Assembly: GCF_001482195.1 (NCBI RefSeq)
Contig: NZ_KQ759763.1
Location: 289,023-321,022, forward strand
Reading direction: 5' to 3'
From: Luteimonas abyssi
Lineage (GTDB): Bacteria; Pseudomonadota; Gammaproteobacteria; Xanthomonadales; Xanthomonadaceae
DNA length: 32,000 nt
In this document: positions 17,285 to 26,524 of the stretch, in pieces
How the letters are laid out: each line of letters starts with the position of its first letter
Numbering within the stretch: the stretch's first letter is position 1
Translations under genes and position numbers: made by a program
The notes under the pieces: generated by a model
Told to the model about the DNA's origin: nothing
Database searches by the model: none
Seen by the model: the letters and a program-made list of their open reading frames with translations, nothing else

Positions 17285-18091
17285 TCACACGTACTGCATC
17301 TTCCGGCTCATGCCGCCGTCGGCGACGAACTCCTGACCGGTCACGAAGCCCGACAGCCGGGGCGACAGCAAATGCACCGCGAGGGCGCCGATATCGTCGG
17401 GTGTCCCGACCCGCCCCGCCGGATGTTGTGCATGATCGGCGCGAGAGAGGTTGGGGCGTCGTCGTCTTGCCGGCGCGCGCCAGGCCTCGGTGGCGATCCA
17501 GCCGGGACTGATCGCGTTGACGCGGACCCGCGGACCCGCGCTCAGTGCGAGCGCGTGGGTGAAGGCCAGCAGGCCGCCCTTGGCCGCCGCGTAGGCTTCG
17601 CTGTGCGGCTCCGATTGGTGCGCGCGGGTGGAGGCGATGTTGACGATGGCGCCCCCGCCGTCGCTTTCGGACAATGCCGCCAGTGCATGCTTGCTGCAGA
17701 GAAAGGCGCCGTGCAGGCTCGACAGGCGCCGGTTCCACTCGGACCAGTCCAGGGCCGACAGCGCCGGCACGTGCGGGTCGGCGACGCCGGCGTTGTTGAC
17801 CAAGCCGTCGATACGGCCGAAACGCCGTAGCGCGGCGTCGACGAAATCCGAGACGCTGCGTTCGCGTGCCACATCCAGGGTGCGGAACAGGGCATCGTCC
17901 GGACGGTCCCACTCGGACAGGCAGGCCCGCCCCGCACCAGTGTCGAGATCGCCTATCGCCACCTTGCCGCCCGCGCCCAGGATCGTCTGCGCGATGCCAC
18001 GTCCCACGCCTTGCGCACCGCCGGTGACCAGGACGACGCGCCCGTCCAGCGGGCGTTGGGGCCAGGCGGCGATGTCGGGGACGAGACTCAT
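17285..18091 (-). CDS. Short-chain dehydrogenase/reductase (SDR) family oxidoreductase
   Basis: TGGAQGVGRG cofactor motif, NNAG, and catalytic S...YAAAKGG (YxxxK). ATG at 18091 is preferred over the ORF start at 18133. Confidence 0.85.
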   Translation of the reverse strand: MSLVPDIAAWPQRPLDGRVVLVTGGAQGVGRGIAQTILGAGGKVAIGDLDTGAGRACLSEWDRPDDALFRTLDVARERSVSDFVDAALRRFGRIDGLVNNAGVADPHVPALSALDWSEWNRRLSSLHGAFLCSKHALAALSESDGGGAIVNIASTRAHQSEPHSEAYAAAKGGLLAFTHALALSAGPRVRVNAISPGWIATEAWRAPARRRRPNLSRADHAQHPAGRVGTPDDIGALAVHLLSPRLSGFVTGQEFVADGGMSRKMQYV

Positions 18092-18270
18092 GACGTGCAC
18101 CGGAACGGACGGAGCGCCAGTCTCGCGCTCCACCGGCTAAGTGCGCGTGGAGGCGGCGTAAGCGAACTATTGCGCCGCGTGCGGGGACCCGGCGGACTTC
18201 GAGCGGCGCATCCGGTCGCGGGCCTCGGCATCGATCGCCGTGAAGGGTCGCGACGTTTCCGGGTGGTCTG

Positions 18271-18561
18271 TCAGTCGGTCTCGCCGGCGTGTTCGAGCAT
18301 GTCGATCAACATGTCGCGGATGTGGGCGTCGGCGGTGGCGTAGAACACCTGGCGCTGACGTCGTTCCCCGCGGACCAGGCGCGCGCCGCGCAGCAGGCGC
18401 AGGTGGTGGCTCACCAGCGGTTGCGAGGCGTCGATCCGCTGTGCGATGTCGCCCACGGCGATCGGGCCGTCCAGACATGCCAGCAGCACGCGCAGGCGGG
18501 TGGGGTCGCCGAGCAGGCGATAGGTGGCGGCGATGGTGTCGAGGCGCGCGTCGTCGATCAA
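18271..18561 (-). CDS. ArsR/SmtB-family metalloregulatory transcriptional repressor (96 aa)
   Basis: Tail of ORF 18271..19614. wHTH signature LLGDPTRLRVLLACL...VGDIAQRIDASQPLVSHHLRLLRGARLV. The only plausible start is TTG 18561, which overlaps the czcD stop (TTGA). Confidence 0.75.
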   Translation of the reverse strand: MIDDARLDTIAATYRLLGDPTRLRVLLACLDGPIAVGDIAQRIDASQPLVSHHLRLLRGARLVRGERRQRQVFYATADAHIRDMLIDMLEHAGETD

Positions 18562-19577
18562 TGCGGGTGCTCCGGCGCGTCGGGCGCACGGTCCAGCGCG
18601 CAACGAACTCCGGTGTCGTGCAGCACCTCGACCGTGGCATGGCCGATGCCGAAGCGCTCGGCAAGGGCGTGCTTCACCGCCGTCACGGTGACGCCCGGCG
18701 CAGCGTCGTCGGCCACGCCCAGTTCGAGGGTGGCGAGCACCCGGCCCGAGGTGATCGACCACACGTGTACGTGCTGCACCTCGGCCACGCCCGGAATCTC
18801 GTCGAGCAGGTATCGGCGCAGCGCGTCCACATCCAGATCGGGCGGAGCCCCCTCCATCAGGATGTGGAACGCGCCGCGCAGCAGCGCCCAGGCGCTGCGC
18901 AGGATCAGCAGGCAGACCAGTGCCGACAGGATCGGATCGATCGCCATCCATCCGGTGAAATGGATCACGACCGCCGCGACGATCGCGGCCACCGAGCCGA
19001 GCAGGTCGCCCAGCACATGCACCATCGCACCGCGGATGTTGACGTGATCGCGGTCGCCGCGATGCAGGATCCAGAACACCACGATGTTGACGAGCAGGCC
19101 GACCGTGGCGACGGCCAGCATCGGCCCGGCGAGGACTTCGCCGGGGCTGCGCAGGCGATGGAACGCCTCCCAGAAGATCCATGCCACCAGTGCGAACAGG
19201 GTCAACGCATTGATCAGGCCGGCCAGCACTTCCAGGCGCATGTAGCCGAACGTGCGGCGTGCGTCGGAGGCGCGACGGCCAATGCGGAACCCGAGCCAGG
19301 CCAGGGCGAGCGCGGCCGCATCGGTGAGCATGTGTCCGGCGTCGGCGATCAGTGCCAGCGAGCCGGAGATCAGGCCCCCGATCACCTCCACGACCATGAA
19401 GCTCGCGGTGAGGATCAGGGCGGCCAGGACGACCCGTTCGTTGCGCGCCGAGACCGAGGGCGCGTGGTCGTGGTCGTGATGCCCGTGTGCGTGATCGTGT
19501 GCATGACCGGCATGACCGGCATGACCGGCATGCGTGGCGGCGGTGCTGTCGTCGGGGGGCGGGGCGGATGCGGACAT
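18558..19577 (-). CDS. czcD: Cation diffusion facilitator family Zn/Co/Cd efflux transporter (CzcD/ZitB-like)
   Basis: 339 aa. His-rich N-terminus (HAGHAGHAGHAHDHAHGHHDHDH), six TM segments with LIADAGHMLTD and HVLGDLLGS metal-site motifs, and a C-terminal cytoplasmic domain. Confidence 0.9.
   Translation of the reverse strand: MSASAPPPDDSTAATHAGHAGHAGHAHDHAHGHHDHDHAPSVSARNERVVLAALILTASFMVVEVIGGLISGSLALIADAGHMLTDAAALALAWLGFRIGRRASDARRTFGYMRLEVLAGLINALTLFALVAWIFWEAFHRLRSPGEVLAGPMLAVATVGLLVNIVVFWILHRGDRDHVNIRGAMVHVLGDLLGSVAAIVAAVVIHFTGWMAIDPILSALVCLLILRSAWALLRGAFHILMEGAPPDLDVDALRRYLLDEIPGVAEVQHVHVWSITSGRVLATLELGVADDAAPGVTVTAVKHALAERFGIGHATVEVLHDTGVRCALDRAPDAPEHPH
19502..19532 (-). repeat. In-frame 9-bp tandem repeat (catgaccgg x3 plus a partial copy) encoding the (HAG)n part of the CzcD His-rich tail
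   Basis: Read directly: catgaccgg catgaccgg catgaccgg catg. Confidence 0.85.
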
Positions 19578-19612
19578 GACGATGCGGAGGCGGGACCGGG
19601 CGATTGCCCGCC

Positions 19613-19640
19613 ATTATATATACATATGTTTATATGTTTT
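19613..19640 (-). promoter_or_regulatory. AT-rich promoter/operator of the czcD-arsR operon
   Basis: An isolated 28-bp AT-only-like block (attatatatacatatgtttatatgtttt) in a high-GC context, 36-63 nt upstream of the czcD ATG. On the transcribed strand it contains TATAAT, the 8-bp palindrome ACATATGT, and a tandem direct repeat (ATATGTTT x2 on the plus strand). ArsR/SmtB repressors typically bind AT-rich inverted repeats that overlap the promoter. Confidence 0.5.
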
Positions 19641-19698
19641 CCAGTGGCCCTGCGGCGGCGTCGGAGCGAAGCCGCTGGGCCGCGCCGCATGCGGTCGC

Positions 19699-20277
19699 CT
19701 ACGACGTGACCGGTGGCTCCGGGCGGTCGTCGAACAGGCGCATCCAGCCGTCGTGGCCCAGTGTTTCCAGCGTGCGTACGTTGCGTTCGATGATGACGTC
19801 GGGGTCGGGATACGCGGCCACCGCCCGCGTCACGCTGTCCTCGCGAAGCAGGTGCAGGGTGGGGTGGGGGGACCGGTTGGTGTGGTTGGCGATGTCGTCG
19901 TCCGCGGTGCCGGCGAACCGGTAATCGGGATGGAAGCTCGCCACCTGCAGCACGCCTTCCAGGTCCAGCTCGGCCACCAGAGCTTCGGCGAGCTCGAGGA
20001 AATCGTTGTAATCGAGAAAGTCGCCCAGCACCTGCGGATGGATCAGCAGCGTGGTGTCCACGACGTCCGGCGGGGTGTCGCGCAAGCGCGCGAGTTCCTC
20101 GGCCAGGGTCTGCAGCAGCGCCTCGGGGGTGGTCGCATCGCTGAGCACGAAGCGCACCTGGTCCTTGGCCGTCACGGCCTTGGCGAACGGGCACAGGTTG
20201 AGGCCGATCACCGCGCGCTCCAGCCAGCGGCGGGTGTCGGCGACGGGGTCCCGGGGCGCGGGGGGCGTGGACGACAT
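19699..20277 (-). CDS. DUF1415-family protein
   Basis: 192 aa with LNLCPFAK near the N-terminus and ASFHPDYRF...NHTNRSPHPTLHLLRE, which I recall as the DUF1415 pattern. Not verified by search. Confidence 0.65.
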   Translation of the reverse strand: MSSTPPAPRDPVADTRRWLERAVIGLNLCPFAKAVTAKDQVRFVLSDATTPEALLQTLAEELARLRDTPPDVVDTTLLIHPQVLGDFLDYNDFLELAEALVAELDLEGVLQVASFHPDYRFAGTADDDIANHTNRSPHPTLHLLREDSVTRAVAAYPDPDVIIERNVRTLETLGHDGWMRLFDDRPEPPVTS

Positions 20278-20388
20278 GGCGGGGCTCCAGAAGGCGGGGC
20301 ACGATAGCGTACGCCTGCAGTGCGGAGCGGGCTCCCCACGATGCGGGGCGCAGGCCCTAAGCTATGCCGCCCGCGCCGGCCTTTCCGC

Positions 20389-21330
20389 ATGTCCGCCGTT
20401 CCCGATCCGTCGCCGAAGCCGCAGCCTGCTGCGCCGCTGTACGACCCCCGTCGCGCGGCGATCTGGATGTTGCTGGCGGTCGCCCTGTTCGCGGTGATGG
20501 ACGGCGGCATGAAGTGGCTGTCCGGCGACTACCCGCCCCTGCAGGTGGCGGCGCTGCGTGGAGCGGCCGCGCTGCCGCTGGTGTTCGCGTGGATCGCCTG
20601 GAGCGGCGCCCTGCGCGGGCTGCTGGCGGTGCGCTGGCGGTTGCACCTGCTGCGCGGCGCGCTGGGGCTGCTGATGATGTGGGGTTTCATCTACGGTCTG
20701 GCGCGGATGCCGATGACCACGGCATACGCGATCGTCTTCGTCGCGCCGCTGATGGTGACCGCACTGGCGGTGCCGCTGCTGGGAGAACGGGTCGGGCCGC
20801 GGCGCTGGGTGGCGATCGTGGTCGGCCTGCTCGGCGTGCTGGTGGTGTTGCGACCGACCGCGGACGGTGTCGCCACCTGGCCCGGTCTCGTGCTGGTGCT
20901 GGCCGCGGCGTGCTATTCCGGCGCGGCCATCACCGTGCGCCTGCTGGCCCAGCGCGACAGCGTGCAGTCGATGGTGTTCTGGTTCCTGGCGATGATCGCG
21001 GTCGGCGCCGGCTTGCTCGCACTGCCCGACTGGCAGCCCATCGCCCTGCGCGACGTCCTGCCGATCCTCGTCGTCGGCGCGTCCGGTGCGCTGGGCCAGG
21101 TGGCGCTGACCCACGCGTTCCGGCTCGGCGAGGCGTCGCAATTGGCGCCGCTGGAGTACACCGGGCTGGTGTGGGTGGTGCTGCTAGATCTCAGCGTGTG
21201 GGGCGTGCTGCCCGACGGCATGACCTGGCTGGGGGCGGCGATCATCGTCGCCAGCGGGCTGTACATGATGCGGCGGGAGCGGATCCGCGCGCACGAGCAC
21301 CTCGTCGAGTCCGCCGACACGCCGCCCTGA
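20389..21330 (+). CDS. DMT superfamily (EamA-like) transporter
   Basis: Ten predicted TM helices in two EamA-like halves. The internal ATG at 20389 (MSAVPDPSPKP...) is preferred over the ORF start at 20320. Confidence 0.8.
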   Translation: MSAVPDPSPKPQPAAPLYDPRRAAIWMLLAVALFAVMDGGMKWLSGDYPPLQVAALRGAAALPLVFAWIAWSGALRGLLAVRWRLHLLRGALGLLMMWGFIYGLARMPMTTAYAIVFVAPLMVTALAVPLLGERVGPRRWVAIVVGLLGVLVVLRPTADGVATWPGLVLVLAAACYSGAAITVRLLAQRDSVQSMVFWFLAMIAVGAGLLALPDWQPIALRDVLPILVVGASGALGQVALTHAFRLGEASQLAPLEYTGLVWVVLLDLSVWGVLPDGMTWLGAAIIVASGLYMMRRERIRAHEHLVESADTPP

Positions 21331-21354
21331 TCGCGGCGGGCGCACAGTGGCGCC

Positions 21355-21903
21355 ATGCCGCTGCTGCTCCTGCCCCTCGCCGTGCTGCTCCTGCTGGTCG
21401 TGGCCGCGGCCTCGCCGCTGGTCCTGTGGCGTCGCCATCGCACGGGACGTGCCTGGCGCACGGCGCGCGGCTGGCACCTGTCGCTGATGGCGTGGACGTT
21501 GTTACCGGCGATTCCGATGGTGCTCGTGGGCGCGTGGCTGGCGCAGCGCTGGGTGCCCCACGCCGGGACCTGGGCCCTGTGCGGCATCGTGATCGGCAGC
21601 GTGCTCGCGTGGGTGCGCGTGGCGACGATGAAGGTTGAGCGGGGTATGGACGGCATCCGCTATGCGCCCGATCCCTGGGTGCCGCTCGGCCTGGCGCTGC
21701 TGGTGGCGGGGAAGCTGGTCTGGGTCGTGTGGGCCGCCTGGCAAGGCTGGCGCGGCGCACCTCCCGTCGACGCGTGGTGGGCCTCGCGCGTCGTGTTCTT
21801 CGGCCTGGGCGGCCTGCTGTCGGGACATGCCGTGGCGCATGCCTGGGGCGTGCGCTGGCGGTTGTCCGGGGTGCGCCGACGGCGTGTGCGTGTGGTGGGT
21901 TGA
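21355..21903 (+). CDS. Hypothetical integral membrane protein (182 aa)
   Basis: Four or five hydrophobic Trp-rich helices. Starts 24 nt after the DMT stop on the same strand. GC3-rich frame. No family recognised. Confidence 0.55.
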   Translation: MPLLLLPLAVLLLLVVAAASPLVLWRRHRTGRAWRTARGWHLSLMAWTLLPAIPMVLVGAWLAQRWVPHAGTWALCGIVIGSVLAWVRVATMKVERGMDGIRYAPDPWVPLGLALLVAGKLVWVVWAAWQGWRGAPPVDAWWASRVVFFGLGGLLSGHAVAHAWGVRWRLSGVRRRRVRVVG

Positions 21904-21979
21904 ATGCCGCCGTCGCCAGAAGCATCCCGCCGAGACGGCATCCGTCTGCGAGCCACGCACATCGGCCGAGCACAGAAAA

Positions 21980-21997
21980 GCGGCCCCGAAGGGCCGC
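21980..21997 (-). terminator. Rho-independent terminator of ompW
   Basis: gcggccc-cgaa-gggccgc. On the minus strand it is followed by TTTTCTGTG. It lies 40 nt downstream of the ompW stop. Confidence 0.65.
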
Positions 21998-22036
21998 CTT
22001 GGTCACACTGGGATGTCGCTGCGCAGGGCGTTGCGA

Positions 22037-22663
22037 TCAGAAGCGCGCGCCGACGCCGACGCCCACGGTCCACGGATCAAGCTTGAGATCACGCGCCACG
22101 GTCTCGCCGGTGCTGCCCAGGCGGGCATCCGAACGGGCACGCATGTAGCGCGCGTCGGCACGGGCGAACCAGGTGGGGGTGATGTTGAAGTCGATACCCA
22201 CGGTGCCGATCGCGCCGCGCGGCGTGGTCAGGCCGATGTGGTCGCCGCCCGGGTTCAGGTCTTCATTGCTGATGTTGGACTCGTAGAGGCCCAGGCCCAC
22301 GAACGGACGGAAGACGTTGTCGGCTTCGCCGAAGTGGTACTGACCGCTCAGTGCGATCGGCTGCTGCTCGATCGTACCGACCTTGCCTTCAGGACCGCGC
22401 ACGCGGTGGTTGAAGCGATCGGCGGCACCCCAGAGCTCGACGCCCCAGTTGTCGGTGATGTGATACGAGGCGCTCAGCGTGGGCGCGGGGCCGCCGTCGA
22501 TGTCGTAACCGGTCGCGGGATCGTGATGCGGCTGCAGCAGGGTGACGCCGCCGACGACGGAGAAGCGCTTGCCGGATGCGGTGTCGCCGCCGCTCTGGGC
22601 GAATGCGGGGGCCGCGGCCAGAGCGAGGGCGGATGCGAGGGTGAGAGTGCGGAGTACGGTCAT
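22037..22663 (-). CDS. ompW: OmpW-family outer membrane protein
   Basis: Start at ATG 22663 (SD GAGGAG upstream). Signal peptide MTVLRTLTLASALALAAAPAFAQ. FRPFVGLGL and the C-terminal LDPWTVGVGVGARF match E. coli OmpW (FRPYVGAGI, LDPWVFMFSAGYRF). Confidence 0.85.
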   Translation of the reverse strand: MTVLRTLTLASALALAAAPAFAQSGGDTASGKRFSVVGGVTLLQPHHDPATGYDIDGGPAPTLSASYHITDNWGVELWGAADRFNHRVRGPEGKVGTIEQQPIALSGQYHFGEADNVFRPFVGLGLYESNISNEDLNPGGDHIGLTTPRGAIGTVGIDFNITPTWFARADARYMRARSDARLGSTGETVARDLKLDPWTVGVGVGARF

Positions 22664-23111
22664 GGGGGATCTCCTCGATTGCGTTTCTTGTTGTGTGTCG
22701 CGTGATGCCCCGGGGAGAGGGCGCGCACACCGTATCGAGGCGCGGGTGAACAGCAGTCTGCCCATTCGTTAAACCCGGCCGCCCGTTTTCATCTTCGCTT
22801 CAGTGGGCACCGGTATACCGCGCAACCACGCGGGTTGCGTCCCACGTGCGGCAGGCTGCGAAGGCACGGCTGCAACGCACCGATGCGCACACCGGGCGAG
22901 CGACGCCGGATGAATCCCGGCGGGATGATCCTGTGGCGGGCGCCGAACGCGCCCGGCCAGTGCCCCGGATCAAGCGCGCCTATGCCCCCGCTGCGTCCAT
23001 TCGCATGCGTATGTATCAGCTGAAACGAATTTGCACAGCCGCCGCGGTTGGCGAGGGGTCCGCATGCAGACACAATAGGCGGTCTCCCCTTCACGATTTG
23101 CGGAGCGCCGC

Positions 23112-24875
23112 ATGGCCGACCTGAAAGAAGCACGAGTCCCCGATATCGGCGGCTATGACGACGTGCCGGTGATCGAAGTGCTGGTTTCGGTCGGTGACCG
23201 TGTCGAGCAGGACCAGGGTCTGGTCACGCTGGAGTCCGACAAGGCCACGATGGAGGTTCCCGCCCCGTTCGCCGGCACGGTGAAGGAACTCAAGGTCAAG
23301 GAGGGCGACAAGGTCTCGCAGGACACCGTGGTCGCGATGATCGAAGCCGATGGCGAGGGCGGTGCCGACGCCGCATCCGCCGATGCAGATGCAGGCGACG
23401 AAGCAGCCAAGGCCACGGCCGATGCCGGCGCTGACGCCAAGGCCGACGCATCGACGCCGGCCGCATCTGCGCAGCCCGCCGAGGCGGCGTCCGATGCGAA
23501 CGCGTCCTCCGGCGGTGTCCAGGACGCGCCGGTTCCGGATATCGGCGGCTACGACGACGTGCCGGTGATCGAGGTGCTGGTTTCGGTCGGTGACCGGGTC
23601 GAGAAAGACCAGGGTCTGGTCACGCTGGAATCCGACAAGGCCACGATGGAAGTCCCCGCGCCGTTCGCCGGCACGGTGAAGGAACTCAAGGTCAAGGTCG
23701 GCGACACGGTCTCGGAGGGCAGTGTGGTGGCCCGGATCGAGACCGAAGGCGGCGAGGCCGCACCGGTCGAGCGCAAGGCGCCGGCCCAGCCGGAGGCGCA
23801 GGCGCCGGCGAAATCCGACGATCCGGCCGCGGAGCCGGCGTCGCCGGGCGCGAAGCCCGACGCCATCGCCCAGGCATCGATGGAGCATCGTCCGGCGGGC
23901 CGCGGCGAACCGCCCGTGCGTTTCGAGGCCGATGCGGTGCTCCCTGACAAGGTGCCCTACGCCAGTCCCGCCGTGCGCCTGTTCGCCCGCGAGCTGGGCG
24001 TCGATCTGTTCAAGGTCAGTGGCACCGCGCGCGGCGGCCGGATCAGCCGTGAGGACGTGCAGCAGTACGTCAAGGGCGCGTTGTCGGGGGCCGCATCGAA
24101 GCCGGCCGCGGCGACGGGCGGTGGCGGCGGACTCGACCTGCTGCCTTGGCCGAAGGTGGATTTCACCAAGTTCGGCGAGATCGAGGAAAAGCCGCTCTCG
24201 CGGATCAAGAAGATCTCCGGTGCCAACCTCGCCCGCAACTGGGCGATGATCCCGCACGTCACCCAGCACGACGACGCCGACATCACCGACCTCGAAGCGC
24301 TGCGCGTGCAGCTCAACAAGGAAGAGGAAAAGAGCAAATCCGGCATCAAGCTGACCATGCTCGCCTTCCTGATCAAGGCCAGCGCCAACGCGCTGAAGAA
24401 ATTCCCTGATTTCAACGCCTCGCTCGACGCCGCGGGCGAGACGCTCACGCTGAAGAAGTACTTCCACGTCGGCTTCGCCGCGGACACGCCGAACGGTCTG
24501 GTCGTGCCGGTGGTGCGCGACGTCGACAGGAAGGGCGTGCTGCAGATCGCGCAGGAGATGGGCGAACTGGCGAAGAAGGCCCGCGACGGCAAGCTCGGCC
24601 CGGCCGACATGCAGGGCGGTTGCTTCTCGATCAGCTCGCTGGGCGGGATCGGCGGGACCAGCTTCACCCCGATCGTCAACGCGCCCGAAGTCGCCATCCT
24701 GGGCGTGTCCAAATCGTCGATGAAGCCGGTCTGGGACGGCAAGCAGTTCGTGCCGCGCCTGGTCCTGCCGCTGTCGCTGTCCTACGACCATCGCGTCATC
24801 GACGGCGCCGCCGCGGCCCGCTTCACCGCTTATCTCGCCCAGGTGCTGGGCGACATGCGTCGCGTCCTGCTGTGA
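23112..24875 (+). CDS. aceF: Dihydrolipoyllysine-residue acetyltransferase, E2 of pyruvate dehydrogenase complex (two lipoyl domains)
   Basis: Two lipoyl domains with [16 protein letters not shown], Ala/Pro-rich linkers, an E1/E3-binding domain ([33 protein letters not shown]), and a catalytic domain with [10 protein letters not shown]. Confidence 0.93.
   Translation: MADLKEARVPDIGGYDDVPVIEVLVSVGDRVEQDQGLVTLESDKATMEVPAPFAGTVKELKVKEGDKVSQDTVVAMIEADGEGGADAASADADAGDEAAKATADAGADAKADASTPAASAQPAEAASDANASSGGVQDAPVPDIGGYDDVPVIEVLVSVGDRVEKDQGLVTLESDKATMEVPAPFAGTVKELKVKVGDTVSEGSVVARIETEGGEAAPVERKAPAQPEAQAPAKSDDPAAEPASPGAKPDAIAQASMEHRPAGRGEPPVRFEADAVLPDKVPYASPAVRLFARELGVDLFKVSGTARGGRISREDVQQYVKGALSGAASKPAAATGGGGGLDLLPWPKVDFTKFGEIEEKPLSRIKKISGANLARNWAMIPHVTQHDDADITDLEALRVQLNKEEEKSKSGIKLTMLAFLIKASANALKKFPDFNASLDAAGETLTLKKYFHVGFAADTPNGLVVPVVRDVDRKGVLQIAQEMGELAKKARDGKLGPADMQGGCFSISSLGGIGGTSFTPIVNAPEVAILGVSKSSMKPVWDGKQFVPRLVLPLSLSYDHRVIDGAAAARFTAYLAQVLGDMRRVLL
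23142..23301 (+). repeat. Lipoyl-domain repeat copy 1 (near-identical to 23538-23697)
   Basis: Hand alignment at an offset of 396 nt gives 9 mismatches in 160 nt. All but the cag/aaa (Q->K) codon change are synonymous. Confidence 0.85.
23538..23697 (+). repeat. Lipoyl-domain repeat copy 2
   Basis: See copy 1. A third, more diverged copy forms the N-terminus of lpdA (about 26536-26760). Confidence 0.85.
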
Positions 24876-26524
24876 CGTCGCGCGTGGCCGGCGACAGGCC
24901 CGGAGCGGAGGCCGAGACCGGCAATCCCCGCGAGCGCGCGCGGTTGGCCGTGCGCAACGCCACGGTCGCCGACATTCCGGCGATCGCGGCGCTGTCCGAA
25001 CGCGTCTACGGCGAGGATGGCGGCTACACGCCGGAAATGCTCACCGGCCAGGTCGCGCAGTTCCCGCAGGGCGTGTTCGTGGCGGTCTACGAGGACGAGG
25101 TGGTCGGCTACTGCGCCACCTTCCGCATCGACGAGGCCAGCGCGATGCGGCCGCATCGCTGGATGGAGATCGCCGGTGGCGGCTATGCGTCGCGACATCT
25201 GGTCAACGGCGACTGGCTGTACGGGATGGAAGTCTGCGTCGACCCGCGCCACCGCGGCCTGCGTATCGGCCGCCGGCTGTACGAGGAGCGCAAGCGCCTG
25301 TGCCAGCGGCTCGGCCTGAAGGGCATCGTGTTCGGCGGGCGCCTGCCCGGATTCGGCCGGCGCGAGCGCAAGTTCGGCGGCGACGTGGCGGCCTACGTCG
25401 AGGAAGTGCGCGCAGGGCGCTTGCGCGATCGCGCGCTGAGCTTCCAGCTGCGCAACGGGTTCGAACTGCTGGGCGTGCTGCCCGGCTACCTGCCGACGGA
25501 CCTCGAATCGCGCGGACACGCCGCGCACCTGGCCTGGCGCAACCCCAAGATCGACCCGCGCGCCAGTACCGCCGGCACCGCGCGCCCGCTGCCGGAATCG
25601 GTGCGCGTGGCCACGGTGCAGTACCAGCAGCGCCGGGTGACCTCGTTCGACGAGTTCGCGACCCAGGTCGAGTACTTCGTCGATATCGCCGCCGACTACC
25701 GCGCCGACTTCGTGGTGTTCCCGGAGCTGTTCACCCTGCAGCTGCTGTCGGTGGAGAACAAGCCGCTGTCGCCGGTCGATTCGCTGCTGGCGCTGACCGG
25801 CTACACCGAGCGTTTCGCGGCGATGCTCACCGAGCTGGCGGTGCGCCACAACATCAACATCATCGGCGGCTCGCATCCCACCCGCACCGGCGACGACGCG
25901 GACCCGCGCGTGCGCAACATCTGCTACGTGGCGCTGCGCGACGGCTCGCTGCACACCCGCGACAAACTGCATCCCACGCCAAACGAACGTACCTGGTGGG
26001 GCATCGGCGGCGGCGACAGCGCGCAGGCGATCATGACCGACTGCGGGCCGATCGGGATCATGATCTGCTACGACAGCGAGTTCCCCGAACTCGGCCGGCA
26101 CCTGATCGACCAGGGCGCGATGATCCTGTTCGTGCCGTTCTGCACCGACACCCGCGAAGGCTACCTGCGCGTGCGCTACTGCTCGCAGGCGCGCGCGGTG
26201 GAGAACCAGTGCTACGTGGTGCTGTCGGGCAACGTCGGCAACCTGCCGGGCGTGAACAACTTCGACATCCAGTACGCGCAGAGCTGCATCCTGACGCCGT
26301 GCGACTTCCCGTTCGCGCGCGACGGCGTCGCCGCCGACACCACCCCGAACGTGGAGCAGGTGGCCTTCGCCGACCTGCGCCTCAACGACCTCACCGTGGC
26401 CCGCAACGACGGCACGGTGCAGAACCTCAACGACCGCCGTCACGACCTGTACGCGCTGCGCTGGGCGCGCCGCCCGGTCGTGCCGGCGCTCCCCCGACGC
26501 ATGCAATCCCCGGAGAACACCTGA
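24872..26524 (+). CDS. Bifunctional GNAT N-acetyltransferase / carbon-nitrogen hydrolase (nitrilase superfamily) fusion protein
   Basis: In frame inside ORF 24620..26524. GTG 24872 overlaps the aceF stop (GTGA); an alternative GTG is at 24884. The N-terminal GNAT has motif A ([19 protein letters not shown]). The C-terminal CN-hydrolase has the E-K-C triad contexts VVFPELF, RDKLHPT and [11 protein letters not shown]. Confidence 0.85.
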   Translation: MTSRVAGDRPGAEAETGNPRERARLAVRNATVADIPAIAALSERVYGEDGGYTPEMLTGQVAQFPQGVFVAVYEDEVVGYCATFRIDEASAMRPHRWMEIAGGGYASRHLVNGDWLYGMEVCVDPRHRGLRIGRRLYEERKRLCQRLGLKGIVFGGRLPGFGRRERKFGGDVAAYVEEVRAGRLRDRALSFQLRNGFELLGVLPGYLPTDLESRGHAAHLAWRNPKIDPRASTAGTARPLPESVRVATVQYQQRRVTSFDEFATQVEYFVDIAADYRADFVVFPELFTLQLLSVENKPLSPVDSLLALTGYTERFAAMLTELAVRHNINIIGGSHPTRTGDDADPRVRNICYVALRDGSLHTRDKLHPTPNERTWWGIGGGDSAQAIMTDCGPIGIMICYDSEFPELGRHLIDQGAMILFVPFCTDTREGYLRVRYCSQARAVENQCYVVLSGNVGNLPGVNNFDIQYAQSCILTPCDFPFARDGVAADTTPNVEQVAFADLRLNDLTVARNDGTVQNLNDRRHDLYALRWARRPVVPALPRRMQSPENT

